64,000 bases of DNA from the NCBI GenBank assembly GCA_009859145.1, contig VRVR01000022.1, forward strand, positions 274,857 through 338,856, in the 5' to 3' direction. Of this stretch, positions 52,909-63,072 are shown in pieces (position 1 is the stretch's first letter; each line of letters starts with the position of its first letter). A program made the position numbers and the translations under genes. The notes under the pieces are model-generated. The model saw nothing but the letters and a program-made list of their open reading frames with translations. It was not told the DNA's origin and made no database searches. The stretch is from Andalucia godoyi And28 (taxonomy: Eukaryota; Protista; Jakobida).

Positions 52909-53880
52909 TCATTGACCCATTGCGAGAAAGTCTTTAGATGTGAGTGGCGAGTCTTCGGATAATCTCAAGTCACCGCCCGCCTGCGAGTAGGACGATTTGA
53001 AATAGAACTCATCGTCGAGAGAAGACTGCGTATACTGTCTCTTGTCCATGTTCTTGGTGAGCGGCGAAGGCTGCAGCTCTGTTCCAGTGCTGCTGGGCTT
53101 TCTTTCCGCAGAAGACATCTGCTGATTCATCTTGCGGAGCATGATGGAGAAGGCCGGACTGAGTACAGATCCTCTGCCGTCGTCGGCTGCCTTGATGGGA
53201 GATACCGCCAGTCGATCTAACCCCGATTCATTGGGATCGCTGCGCGACACGGTTCCATCATCTGCGAACACCAGGATTTTCGGTTTCACTTTGACGTCGG
53301 TGTACGCTTGTCTGGGAGCAGAGTACTTGAGACCGGCAACCATTTCTTGTTTTCTCCGGATATCCTCTTCGACAAGCTGAATATCCTGCTTCAGCAGGAG
53401 CAGCTGCCCTGTTCGGGAAGCACTGTCCTTGTTCTTCTTGTCAGGGGTCGCAGCCAACATCAACAGTTTCTTTTGCAGAACATGTACAACCCTTTCCAAG
53501 ATTGCGATTCTGCGATTCAGCAAGACAACATCCTGTTCCTCCGGTCCCTGCCGCATGTACGGTGTAATTGTGTGCGGAGCTTGTCGAGTCGCTTGCTGCG
53601 GACTTGCAGGTGGCGCTGGTGTCTTGGAGGCCGGCACTGCAGCTTCCGATGCAGATGCGGGAATTGGAGAATCCGGCAAAAGCTGGTTATACAGTAACTT
53701 TTCCGTGTGAACTGTGCTGCTCAGTAGCTCTTGGAGGTCATATGCGCCCTGCTGCCAAATCGGTATTCCCCCAATTGAGTTCGGATCCAGACGAAGATGC
53801 TGCCGCAGGGCATACGATACGTCTCCTATTCTCTCGAGTTCTGTATCAAGAGCGATGATTGTATCCGCATTGACGTCCAT
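52909..53880 (-). CDS. Hypothetical protein with an antiparallel coiled-coil segment
   Basis: 323-aa ORF with ATG start and coding-like composition; no family recognised. Confidence 0.65.
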   Translation of the reverse strand: MDVNADTIIALDTELERIGDVSYALRQHLRLDPNSIGGIPIWQQGAYDLQELLSSTVHTEKLLYNQLLPDSPIPASASEAAVPASKTPAPPASPQQATRQAPHTITPYMRQGPEEQDVVLLNRRIAILERVVHVLQKKLLMLAATPDKKNKDSASRTGQLLLLKQDIQLVEEDIRRKQEMVAGLKYSAPRQAYTDVKVKPKILVFADDGTVSRSDPNESGLDRLAVSPIKAADDGRGSVLSPAFSIMLRKMNQQMSSAERKPSSTGTELQPSPLTKNMDKRQYTQSSLDDEFYFKSSYSQAGGDLRLSEDSPLTSKDFLAMGQ

Positions 53881-53950
53881 TGACGGAACTATGATTTTGA
53901 CTGATTATCGTGTCAATAAGGAGGAACAGAACAAGAACAACAGACTCACA

Positions 53951-54034
53951 GAGAGACAGACAGAGAGACAGACAGAGAGACAGACAGAGAGACAGACAGA
54001 GAGACAGACAGAGAGACAGACAGAGAGACAGACA
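53951..54034 (+). repeat. (GAGAGACAGACA)7 tandem repeat
   Basis: Direct reading. Confidence 0.92.
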
Positions 54035-54292
54035 GAGAAAGACAGCAGAATCGTCAGAATTTAGTTTGGCAGTGGCGCTCGCGGGCTCTTTTAACGGGTG
54101 GACGTGATTCATCAGTCGCTCAGCATCAACCGACCCCCTGCCTTTTTTCTTTTTCTTTTTCTTTTTCCGTTTCTTGGCAAAGCCCAGCGCAGAATACTGC
54201 AGATACAAAGGGCTGCTTGAATATCTCTCCCAGTGCGTCAGTCCTCGGTTACACGACAATCGGAGCCACCACAGAAGAAAAAGGCACAAAGG

Positions 54293-54466
54293 ATGGGGTA
54301 TGACCAAATGCTAACGCTCATGAAGAGCTTGAACGACAGAATTTCGCAACTCCACGGGACTCATCAGCGCCTGCTAGAGCACAACAGTCACGTTGCCCAA
54401 TCCTGCGCTTCCCAAGCCGACGTTTTGCGTACGGCAGTCTTCTTGTCGTCGCACTCGAATTCCTAA
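54293..54466 (+). CDS. Small hypothetical coiled-coil protein (57 aa)
   Basis: MGYDQMLTLMKSLNDRISQLHGTHQRLLEH... is an amphipathic helix in a GC-richer island between AT-rich spacers. Confidence 0.35.
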   Translation: MGYDQMLTLMKSLNDRISQLHGTHQRLLEHNSHVAQSCASQADVLRTAVFLSSHSNS

Positions 54467-54634
54467 GAAAATGGAATGGAGAACGAGGAGCGAGCGATCT
54501 TCTTGTAACAAATACTGTACATTCTGCACATTCTGTAAATTCAGAGACACGAAGAAGGGAAAAACAATCGAAGGGGAGGGGGAAAAAACTCATCACTTGC
54601 GAATAGTTCTACGTTTATTCGTGTTCCTTGTTGT

Positions 54635-55225
54635 TTAGAACTTGAACAAGTGCGGTGCGTCTCCCTTGGACAGCGAGAAGCGAGTCTTGAGGTAGGCGGC
54701 GAGCTGAGGAACGGCATTGATGGCGGCGTTGACTGCAGTGTCCACATCCTTCTGTGCGGAAACTTTGGCGGCCGGGAGAGTGTTCTGGACCTTGGCGTCC
54801 TGCTTTGCGAATCCTTCTGCAGACTTCTCAGTCTTGGATGCCTCCTTTGCGAAGAACTTGTCATCAATGTTGCTGACGTTGACCTTGGAAACATCAACCT
54901 TGGTCGAGGTGGCAATGACGTATGCCTGGTTGACACGGCGCATGGGAACTCCGTTCAGCTTGAATGGTCCAGTGACAAGAAGGAGACCCGAAGTGAGCTG
55001 CTTCAGGAAAACGACACGCTTGCCGCGGAAACGACCAGCGAGGAGGATCAAAACAGTTCCGGGAGTGATCGAGGAACGGAGCTTCGACACCTTGCGGTTG
55101 CCCTTGGAGGACGGAAGTCTTGACTTGACATCATCAGCGGGGTAGTATGAGAAAGTCTTGACGGCCTTGGTCTTCTTCTCTGCGACCTTGGTTGCGGGGG
55201 CGGTGGTCTTTGCAGCGATAGCCAT
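54635..55225 (-). CDS. RPL6: 60S ribosomal protein L6 (eL6)
   Basis: Start ATG 55225; [68 protein letters not shown]. Confidence 0.97.
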   Translation of the reverse strand: MAIAAKTTAPATKVAEKKTKAVKTFSYYPADDVKSRLPSSKGNRKVSKLRSSITPGTVLILLAGRFRGKRVVFLKQLTSGLLLVTGPFKLNGVPMRRVNQAYVIATSTKVDVSKVNVSNIDDKFFAKEASKTEKSAEGFAKQDAKVQNTLPAAKVSAQKDVDTAVNAAINAVPQLAAYLKTRFSLSKGDAPHLFKF

Positions 55226-55365
55226 AGTGAACACGGATGGAAAATTGAAAAATGACACCACAAGAAAATGAAACAAATCCAGAGAAGACAATGAACGACC
55301 GAATTTTTTGAAAAATGGTTCACAATTGAGCTTCTCTCCTCTCCTGCTGCTAATCGAACCACACC

Positions 55366-55381
55366 AGGGTTAGCTAGGGTT
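55366..55381 (-). promoter_or_regulatory. Tandem telobox-like motifs (AACCCTAG CTAACCCT) upstream of RPL6
   Basis: + strand AGGGTTAGCTAGGGTT, about 140 bp upstream of the RPL6 ATG. Confidence 0.45.
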
Positions 55382-55943
55382 GCAACACGCACCTTGCTTA
55401 GCCTAATTAGCCTTTTTTTAATAACCCCCCCCCCGGCGCCGTGCATCAATTGATGCTTCAGTCATCCTCTCCGCCGGATTTTTTTTCACCATTCATTAAA
55501 AGGATCTCAGATTTCCCATCTTTGGGAGGCGAGTCCGTGACAAAATGCCCCGCCAAATAAAAAGTAGTGGTGCGACTAGCGGCTTTTCCGCTAGCGGGGG
55601 ACGGCAGGGAAATGTCCCAGGGAAAGTCAGCGGTCATGTTCACCAACGCTAGCGGAAAAATAAATAGTTGTTTGGATCCTGTATAATCATTTTTACACGT
55701 AATTCCTTCAAATAGAAGTAGGTTAATTGCCAGCCCGCTGGCCGTAAAAAGAACTGCCGCTTTCGCAGCACTCTTTTTTCTGTTGCTGCTGCTTTGCGAT
55801 CCGACCGACGACGAGAAAGAAAGAAGAGAGGAAAATAACAAAGGAAAACACACACGAATTCTGGGAAAAGAAAGCCATATAGGAGACCCATGGAAATTGT
55901 TTATCTTATTTAATTTCAGCAGAAGCCGATCCCACTTCCTGAA

Positions 55944-57311
55944 ATGACAGAAACCAAGACGAAAGCACCGGAGTCAAATGTCGAATTCTTCCAGTGCAGA
56001 CTTGAAGCGGTTCCGCTTGACATTCTGGAATTCATTTCCCTGTTTCGGGACTCGCCGTTCCGCAATTGGTTTTTGCAGCAGTCAAATATGCCGCAGTCGC
56101 TCAAGGATTGCGTGACTGCGACGGAAAGAGAGGGACTCTACCATCCGGAGACGGAAGTGTCCGCAATGACGGAGAATTCGTTCTTGTATTGCCCGTTCGC
56201 AAAGTGGGCGGATCAAGGAGCTGGCGTGTATGCATCCCGTCGGATTGTGGTTATGTGGGATGGACGACTTGTTTTGGATGTCCTACGATTCGAAAAGGAC
56301 GACATGTCATTCCTTAGAACGCCCCTGAAGGACGCCAAGATATTCTTGAACCACAGCAACATCAGCGTGTTTGCTCAATCCTCGGAGCCCATGGACCACC
56401 ACATCCTTCTGCTGTTTCGTCCTGGGAATAGTAATCAAGACGATGTGAAATGGCACGCTCGTCTTGTGCTGATCCATCCCTCTGTGATTCTCTCGAATCT
56501 CCATGCAGGATTGCTGAAAGTGCTTGGTCCCTTTCTGTCCTCGCAAATCGTCGTGGGTGCAGTTGGAGTCAGTCCCGTTGTAATTGACGAGAGCCAATGG
56601 GGGCTTTTGCGCCCGGAGCGAGTCACAAGTGCACATCTGCCTCACTCATGGACGCTGCAGTCGGAAACCAAAAATACGTCTGCTGGGACGATTTGGGCGG
56701 ACGGTCAACGCACGTGTTGGTACGGCTGTTCTCGCATGTGCTTATGCGGTGCTGCCAAACCAATTCTTGCGACGTGCTGCGATCCCAGCGACACTAACCC
56801 TGGTGTCTGCATTCGCACTGGATTTGGACCGCAGTTTCAACACCGCATTGTGACAGAGAATTGTCCATGTTTTTGCTGCGTGTGGGGCAACGAAGTGGAT
56901 CCTCGAACTCATCAACTGTATTCTCGGTGCGGGTTTTCTCCCGTTGGATGTCTTTTTTTACTGTGCGGTCCTTGCGGCCTCTTGCCGCAAATGTGCATCC
57001 CCCCGTTCTCAATCGGTTGTCGCGAAACGCTTCTCGGAACCTATACATCTCTCCATGACAATTATGCAGACGTAGCTGGTGCCGTTGTAGAGTATGGTCC
57101 AAAGTCGATTTCTCTTAGGGCAACAATATCTCCTCCGGCGCCAGTTCCTCTCAACATGGGCGCACGAGACCTTTCCATTACTTCCATCTACCCGAGATGT
57201 TGCAGCGACAAGACACAGCCGCCAATCGACCGTCTGACGCTGGTGCGGGATGCCTTCAGTGCACTGGGTGCACCACTTGTTCACAGTTCCTCTCCTCAAA
57301 ACATGATGTAA
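55944..57311 (+). CDS. Hypothetical protein with a Cys-rich C-terminal half (possibly scramblase-like)
   Basis: 455-aa ORF; dense Cys clusters (CSRMCLCG, CPCFCC, CGPCG, PRCC). Confidence 0.7.
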   Translation: MTETKTKAPESNVEFFQCRLEAVPLDILEFISLFRDSPFRNWFLQQSNMPQSLKDCVTATEREGLYHPETEVSAMTENSFLYCPFAKWADQGAGVYASRRIVVMWDGRLVLDVLRFEKDDMSFLRTPLKDAKIFLNHSNISVFAQSSEPMDHHILLLFRPGNSNQDDVKWHARLVLIHPSVILSNLHAGLLKVLGPFLSSQIVVGAVGVSPVVIDESQWGLLRPERVTSAHLPHSWTLQSETKNTSAGTIWADGQRTCWYGCSRMCLCGAAKPILATCCDPSDTNPGVCIRTGFGPQFQHRIVTENCPCFCCVWGNEVDPRTHQLYSRCGFSPVGCLFLLCGPCGLLPQMCIPPFSIGCRETLLGTYTSLHDNYADVAGAVVEYGPKSISLRATISPPAPVPLNMGARDLSITSIYPRCCSDKTQPPIDRLTLVRDAFSALGAPLVHSSSPQNMM

Positions 57312-57689
57312 GGCAGTGTAGTGAGCAGGAATTTCTAACACGGACGTCACTGTATTCAACTATCTTCTTTTTCTCCACTTCTCACGAGGCATCGTCAACA
57401 TTGTAGCACATCCTCATGAAGATTAAATACAGCACAATGACGAGCAATGTGCCATTTCGTTCAGAAAGGTTACTGCATGAACTGGGGATGTGAACACTCC
57501 ATTGCATGCATTGACAAGTCAGCTGATAACTGCTATTAATTAATTAATTAGTTGTTTATTATTATTATTATTTAGCTGGAACCCCAAAACAACGGCGGAA
57601 CCAGTGTCATTATCAAATACCCACGCATTCCATTCTGGTAATAATAAAAACTGGGCAAGAGCGACCTCTTGTGCACCAGGGGCTTTATA

Positions 57690-59945
57690 CTATACGTCTG
57701 ATCGATCCGAGTAAATGTAAAAGGGAGGATCGACAGGCATCTGAGAAATGGGCAATGGTGGCAGCCGGCTCGGAGCTGCGGAAACAGTGTACGCAGAGTG
57801 TGGGTCCGGTCCTGACGCAGGATGCGGTGTCGATGCACCGCCGGATTCGGGGAAAAGACCTTCTTCCACTAGGTTCTGCGAATACTTGCGCTCTTTCTTC
57901 GTCCGCGGTAACGAACGAGACCTCGCCGGCCGCAATTCGTCGTCATCGATGGACAGCTGGTCTGGAAATTGCGCTGTCGCACGAGCAATGTTGCTCAAAT
58001 CTTTCGAACTGGCACTGTGGTTACCACGAGGAGAAGGGAAGAAGGCTGATCTCAGTCGGTACTTGTTCGGAATCAGCTCCACCATCAACTCGGGAGCAGA
58101 GATTCCTTTTAGGGGAACAAATCCAATGAACTTCACAAATGGATCGCCACACTTGCGAAGAATGTCGTCTGTGGCAGTTAACTTCGCCCATGTTGCACCG
58201 GACACAATAATCTGTCCTCCGTGTCCAGCGGAAGAAACGCGAGCTGCGAGATTGATGGATGGCGAGAAAAAGTCCCATCGACGAATGCTGGGGTCCCACG
58301 ATGGTTCTGCAAATCCACAGTGAATCCCCATTCTGACACGCAAGCCACGGAAGATGCACACGGAAGGGCGCTCCGGGTGCTCGGGATCCTTGGCGTACTG
58401 TTCTTTGCAGATGGACTGCGGCCAGTCGGCCAGCATAAACGCCTCCTGAACACCAAGCGTCCACTTGACGGCGTCCATGAACTCTTGGAACACAAGGAAC
58501 AGCGAGTCACCTTCACTTTTGACGATGTAGCCGTGAAACTTTGCTGCCAGTTCACGCATGATTTCGTAGTGCATGTGAACGGCACGCTGCATGTGAACAG
58601 GCGACTCTTCCCAGAGAGCAGTGGATCCTTGTACGTCCGTGAACACAATTGCAATATCGCCATGAGGGGGTCTTTCGGAGTCTCCAGACACAATTCTCGA
58701 CAGCGCAACGCGGCGTTTGTGCGTGTACCACGAAAATCCAATGAGCGTCGCGATCACGAGAAGTCCCACTACAGAAAATACGGCTACAAGAATGAGCGTT
58801 GTTCCGGTCAGCTGCGTATCCGAACTCCCGGAAACGGATGCTTTTGGAAGCGGAACGAGGTCATACAGATACTCCCCGTTGACCGACACTCCCTTCAAAA
58901 TGAGAGTAATCCGATCTCGCAGCGCCGCTGACAGTGGAACCATGGTGTTATCATTGAGAATCGAGTCCGCCTGTGCTTCTGTCAGGAACCAGTTCACGAA
59001 CCGCAGGACTTCCAGAGCTTGAGTCCGCGATGACTGGGTAGTGTTGTGCACCATGAAGTACGTATAACTCGCGATGGGCCAAGAGAGCGTTCCGGGAGCA
59101 TCCGTAATCGTCGCGATCATCCGGAAGGGGCTTTGAAACACGCTTCCAAAATCGGTCATGGCAGACTGGATCGTTCCGCTTGTCGCAGACACCGTGTTGT
59201 TCGCCTTGTTAATCAGTCTGCTCAATGCAACATCGAAATAAACGGCAGAGGCAGGGTTCAGATATCCGATGCTGTATGTGTTTGCAAGAATCTGAAATGA
59301 GACTCCCCGATTTTGCAGCCCATAGTACTGCACAACAGGCCAGGTCGGTATGGAATTCACGCCTATTACAGTACCGAAGCCAGAAGGATCAAACTGCGAA
59401 AGGGCACTAGTAAATGCTTCGGTGGTACCGCTCTTGTCTTGCCGAACAACAATACTAATCCGCTGGGTGGGAAGCGACAGCGAGGGATTCAGAGCGACTA
59501 TTTGAGAATCGTTCCACCATCGGATTGCACCGAGGAAGATCTGGGCAGTCACGTATCTCGACAGAACCAACTGCCCCGAAGAGATGCCCGGTAAGTTGTA
59601 CCCAATCACAACAGCGCCAGCAAACGACGGGAACATTACGACGTCTGTGCTGTTCCTGTTATTCTTTTCGGCCGCAGAAAGATCCTCGTCGCTGCCCGCA
59701 AAGTCTACAGCGCTTGACAAGATCTGCGACTTGCCCGATCCAGATCCCGTCGCGGCATACGTAATTTTCACTGCATTGTCTCTCGACGAGCCAAATGCAA
59801 CAGCCCATGCATTGTAGACATCCGCTGCAAACGACGAGCCAGCGCCAGAAACGGAAACTTGCGCTCCGCTGGAAAACGAAACCCGATCGTTCCAAAGAAG
59901 AAGAATGCAGGTTACCGCCAAGAAACACGTTGTGCACCGATACAT
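57690..59945 (-). CDS. Receptor-type adenylyl cyclase: signal peptide - PstS phosphate-binding domain - TM helix - class III cyclase
   Basis: Start ATG 59945 with hydrophobic signal. PstS motifs GAGSSFA, TGSGSG, DFAGSD, WWNDSQIVALNP, VVRQDKSGTT, WPIASYTY. TM LILVAVFSVVGLLVIATLIGFSWY. Cyclase motifs IVFTDVQGST, VKSEGD, RVRMGIHCG, WDFFSPSINLAARV, GGQIIVS. Confidence 0.9.
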   Translation of the reverse strand: MYRCTTCFLAVTCILLLWNDRVSFSSGAQVSVSGAGSSFAADVYNAWAVAFGSSRDNAVKITYAATGSGSGKSQILSSAVDFAGSDEDLSAAEKNNRNSTDVVMFPSFAGAVVIGYNLPGISSGQLVLSRYVTAQIFLGAIRWWNDSQIVALNPSLSLPTQRISIVVRQDKSGTTEAFTSALSQFDPSGFGTVIGVNSIPTWPVVQYYGLQNRGVSFQILANTYSIGYLNPASAVYFDVALSRLINKANNTVSATSGTIQSAMTDFGSVFQSPFRMIATITDAPGTLSWPIASYTYFMVHNTTQSSRTQALEVLRFVNWFLTEAQADSILNDNTMVPLSAALRDRITLILKGVSVNGEYLYDLVPLPKASVSGSSDTQLTGTTLILVAVFSVVGLLVIATLIGFSWYTHKRRVALSRIVSGDSERPPHGDIAIVFTDVQGSTALWEESPVHMQRAVHMHYEIMRELAAKFHGYIVKSEGDSLFLVFQEFMDAVKWTLGVQEAFMLADWPQSICKEQYAKDPEHPERPSVCIFRGLRVRMGIHCGFAEPSWDPSIRRWDFFSPSINLAARVSSAGHGGQIIVSGATWAKLTATDDILRKCGDPFVKFIGFVPLKGISAPELMVELIPNKYRLRSAFFPSPRGNHSASSKDLSNIARATAQFPDQLSIDDDELRPARSRSLPRTKKERKYSQNLVEEGLFPESGGASTPHPASGPDPHSAYTVSAAPSRLPPLPISQMPVDPPFYIYSDRSDV

Positions 59946-61008
59946 TGTGCTGCAGTATCGCTTGATAGGCAAAACCGAAATGCGGACAAGCAAAGATACC
60001 AAACAAATAATGTTTTTTTATGCTGAAACGTGTGCAGTTTCCGAGGATCGAGAACAGAGAAACCATCCTTTCGTTGCTGTCAGCAAACTTCAAAAAACAT
60101 CAGGATGCAACGAGTGTCTGCCCCGACGTGGACCAACACTTTCCTAACTGCCTACATTGTACACTAACCACGGATAATAATCGCTGATCACCCATAATCA
60201 ATGTTGCAACCCAACAACATGCATAATGCAACGCGGCGGCGTATTTATATAGGGATTCCATGATCAAAATGAGGCGAAACGAATCGGGCATCGTGTGACG
60301 GAGTTGCCAAGATAGCAAACGCATGCGCATAGGCGCTTGGCAGTGTGTTTGTTTTCGTGCGCTTCAGATTGCTTCATCATTTCGCAGTAAGTGGCAACGG
60401 CGCATCCACTTCTCTGCGGCTGTCCTCCATTTGCGGAAGCCGTGCAATCAGAAGCTTAAGCAGAGGAAAGCCCCAACTGCCTCAGTCCTTCTCAACGCTT
60501 TTTGGTCACGCTTTGGTTTCAAACGGGAACACATCCTCCTCCTGCGCTGCGCGCGAGGTGCGGGTCCTACTACAGAATGCTCGGTGCTTCATTATCGTTC
60601 GTGCACAGCTCTGTCATGCAGAACGAACATTATCCAACGGTTGACTCTTCAACTCTCAGAATGCTCGTATGATAAAACGCTTGTTAGGAGGAACGCAGAC
60701 AACGGTTCATGGCGGAGAAACGATGGGAGATGCACGCATCGAAGCGATCAGGTCCATGAAAGTGAAATAATGCTGATTTTGCATAGGTATTCCATCATCG
60801 TTAGTACAGTTCTTTTATTGTGATTTTCACTAGATTCCCAATTCGTCGGTGGAACTGAAAGATACCTGAAGGCTTCATGTCGCAGCAGGGTGGCTGACAG
60901 CAACCAACGCCTGTCTTACAAAGTGGTAATCTACAGGACTTTACTCTCAGTCACATTCAGTTTGGATGCGTGGGGAGGGAGGAAGAAAAATTGTGGTTAC
61001 AATGGCTG

Positions 61009-63072
61009 TTAGATAAGCGCCTGGCGTTCGCCGGATCCGGTCCGCAACCGTCGGCTTCGCAAGAAGACATATGCAAAGGCCGCTCCGACCACAGCGGCGC
61101 CACCAATCGCGATTCCCACAATCGCACCTACTGGAAACGTGCTCTTGCTATCGTCTCCATCGTTGTGCTTGGGCGGAACGTAAGGACCGTCGAGATTGAA
61201 GTAGAGTTCGTCTGTCGACACACTAGCCATTTGATCTGGAGTCACAGCGACAACCATTATGGAATACTGGTCGCCATCTCCAAAGAGACTTTCGTACGTG
61301 AACTGAAACGAAGTCGATGTCGTCGTATAGGCTTTCATAAGCGCCTCACCAAGATCCGTGATTCTCACGTTGTACGATGAGATTGCCTGTCCGCGAGTAT
61401 CGGACGGCGGATCCCAACGGAACACAAAGTCAAAAAGCGATCCAGTGGCATACGTATCCATAGCAAGATTCCGGGGAGCAGACATCACCGCTGGAGACGC
61501 ATTGAACTCAACAGGCACGGAGGGATCGCCGACGTTTCCAAGTTCTTGAGAGACGGCAGACACGAGCACCGAGTACATCTTGAAGTCGCCAAAAAACTGT
61601 CGAAAAGGAATCGTAAATGCAGTGTCGGCAGACGATGTTGGATAGTTGCGAAGCCATGAGATCGCAGTGTCCGTGACCGTCACGACGTATGCTGCAATCG
61701 TCTGTCCCTGCAGAACAGTTGGGGCCTCCCACGAAAACGAATAGTCGTACGCATACGACTGCGAGTTCCACACAGGAACAACCTTGACATTTGACGGCGC
61801 ACCAAGGGGTGGTCCAGTGCCAAATACAGCTGGAGTCCGCTGCAGATACGAGTCGCCCTGGGACAGGTATGCCCAGTACTCGGTCAGCGGTGTCAAGTTT
61901 GTCGCATTCAGGGAACCAAAGTACAAAATCTCTCCAGTAGGTGAGGCCGGCGCAGTAACGTACAAGATATTGGAAACCCACGGTGAACAGCGATCACAAG
62001 TAAACGAAGCAGTTGTCAGATCATACGAAACGACGCGAAGCCCGTCCGGCGGGCTGGAGGGCCCGACGGCACCACCCACCTGAATTCTGTGCATCGTAAA
62101 GTCGCTTTCCACCACAAACATCGCGTTCAATTGCATGTTGCAGGAGCCATATACGAGAGGATTAGAGGTTGTTACGTTGTACCCGACAACACCTTTGCTG
62201 TCCAGGCCAAGCAGTACACCGCCGGAAATCACCCACACACTCAAGGTAGAACTGGGGCACGGGCAGAAGTGCTGGAATGGACCCGGAAGGGTGGTGTTGT
62301 AGGGAGCATATGCAAAACCACTCGATTGTCGAACATACAGTCTAGAACCAGTCGAAAACAGTTTTGCACCCTGAGACAACTTCACCACCGGCTCTGGGGC
62401 TTCGAACGTGTCCGTCACCGCATGTGCCGACGGCGTGTATCTTCGCAGCGTTGTGCCCTGAAACGCCACAAACCACGCAGTTCCCGTATCAAATGGCTGA
62501 TATGCGGCCGGGCCAGGCACACAGCCGTCTCCAAAGAAATTTAAAATGGTCCCATTCAGCGTCATGTGTTTCACATTGAATCCCAGCGTGCCCACGAGAT
62601 TCGAGTTAGTGACAACATACACCACAGACGGATAGTTGTAATGCCAGCAGAGAGCCGTAACCTTCACTGCCCCCCCAATGGCGGAAAAATCATAGGGAAC
62701 TTGGACATATGTGCTAGTTAGCTGATTGAAACGGAACAGTCCATTCTGCTTGGTCGACCATAGGAAATTGTATCCGTGACCAAAGATATTCACTGGCTCG
62801 ACTTCCGTAACCGAGTCATCAGGAACCGAAACGGACTGCAAAGTTCCGGACTGGAACGGGCTGTTCTGCAAGACTTGCACAGACACGTTCGAGCGAGTGT
62901 ATGTGTTCACGGACAAGGTTAGCATATCTTCAGAAACCGAAACAGGAAACGAACATGGGGGAGAGGGACAAATGCTGGCAGTCCAGTCAGCTGCTGCTGC
63001 GGAGCGAGCAAGCACTGCTATCACCACAAGAACAGCAACCCCAAGAATCTTCATCTGAACACAGCAAGTCAT
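61009..63072 (-). CDS. Type I membrane protein with about three fibronectin type III repeats
   Basis: Signal MKILGVAVLVVIAVLARSAAA (alternative start 63054). FN3-like repeats (APSNVKV...FSWEAP...YVVTV; APRNL...FRWDPP...YNVRI). TM GAIVGIAIGGAAVVGAAFAYVFL; short tail ending ERQALI. Confidence 0.82.
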   Translation of the reverse strand: MTCCVQMKILGVAVLVVIAVLARSAAAADWTASICPSPPCSFPVSVSEDMLTLSVNTYTRSNVSVQVLQNSPFQSGTLQSVSVPDDSVTEVEPVNIFGHGYNFLWSTKQNGLFRFNQLTSTYVQVPYDFSAIGGAVKVTALCWHYNYPSVVYVVTNSNLVGTLGFNVKHMTLNGTILNFFGDGCVPGPAAYQPFDTGTAWFVAFQGTTLRRYTPSAHAVTDTFEAPEPVVKLSQGAKLFSTGSRLYVRQSSGFAYAPYNTTLPGPFQHFCPCPSSTLSVWVISGGVLLGLDSKGVVGYNVTTSNPLVYGSCNMQLNAMFVVESDFTMHRIQVGGAVGPSSPPDGLRVVSYDLTTASFTCDRCSPWVSNILYVTAPASPTGEILYFGSLNATNLTPLTEYWAYLSQGDSYLQRTPAVFGTGPPLGAPSNVKVVPVWNSQSYAYDYSFSWEAPTVLQGQTIAAYVVTVTDTAISWLRNYPTSSADTAFTIPFRQFFGDFKMYSVLVSAVSQELGNVGDPSVPVEFNASPAVMSAPRNLAMDTYATGSLFDFVFRWDPPSDTRGQAISSYNVRITDLGEALMKAYTTTSTSFQFTYESLFGDGDQYSIMVVAVTPDQMASVSTDELYFNLDGPYVPPKHNDGDDSKSTFPVGAIVGIAIGGAAVVGAAFAYVFLRSRRLRTGSGERQALI

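Noticed and set aside
54293-54466. DASH/Dam1 subunit (Hsk3-like) identity for the small ORF
   Set aside because: Heptad similarity only; the register is off by about four residues.
57410-57530. Box C/D snoRNA (ATGAAGA...CTGA)
   Set aside because: Imperfect C box, no terminal stem, and no rRNA complementarity that I could recognise.
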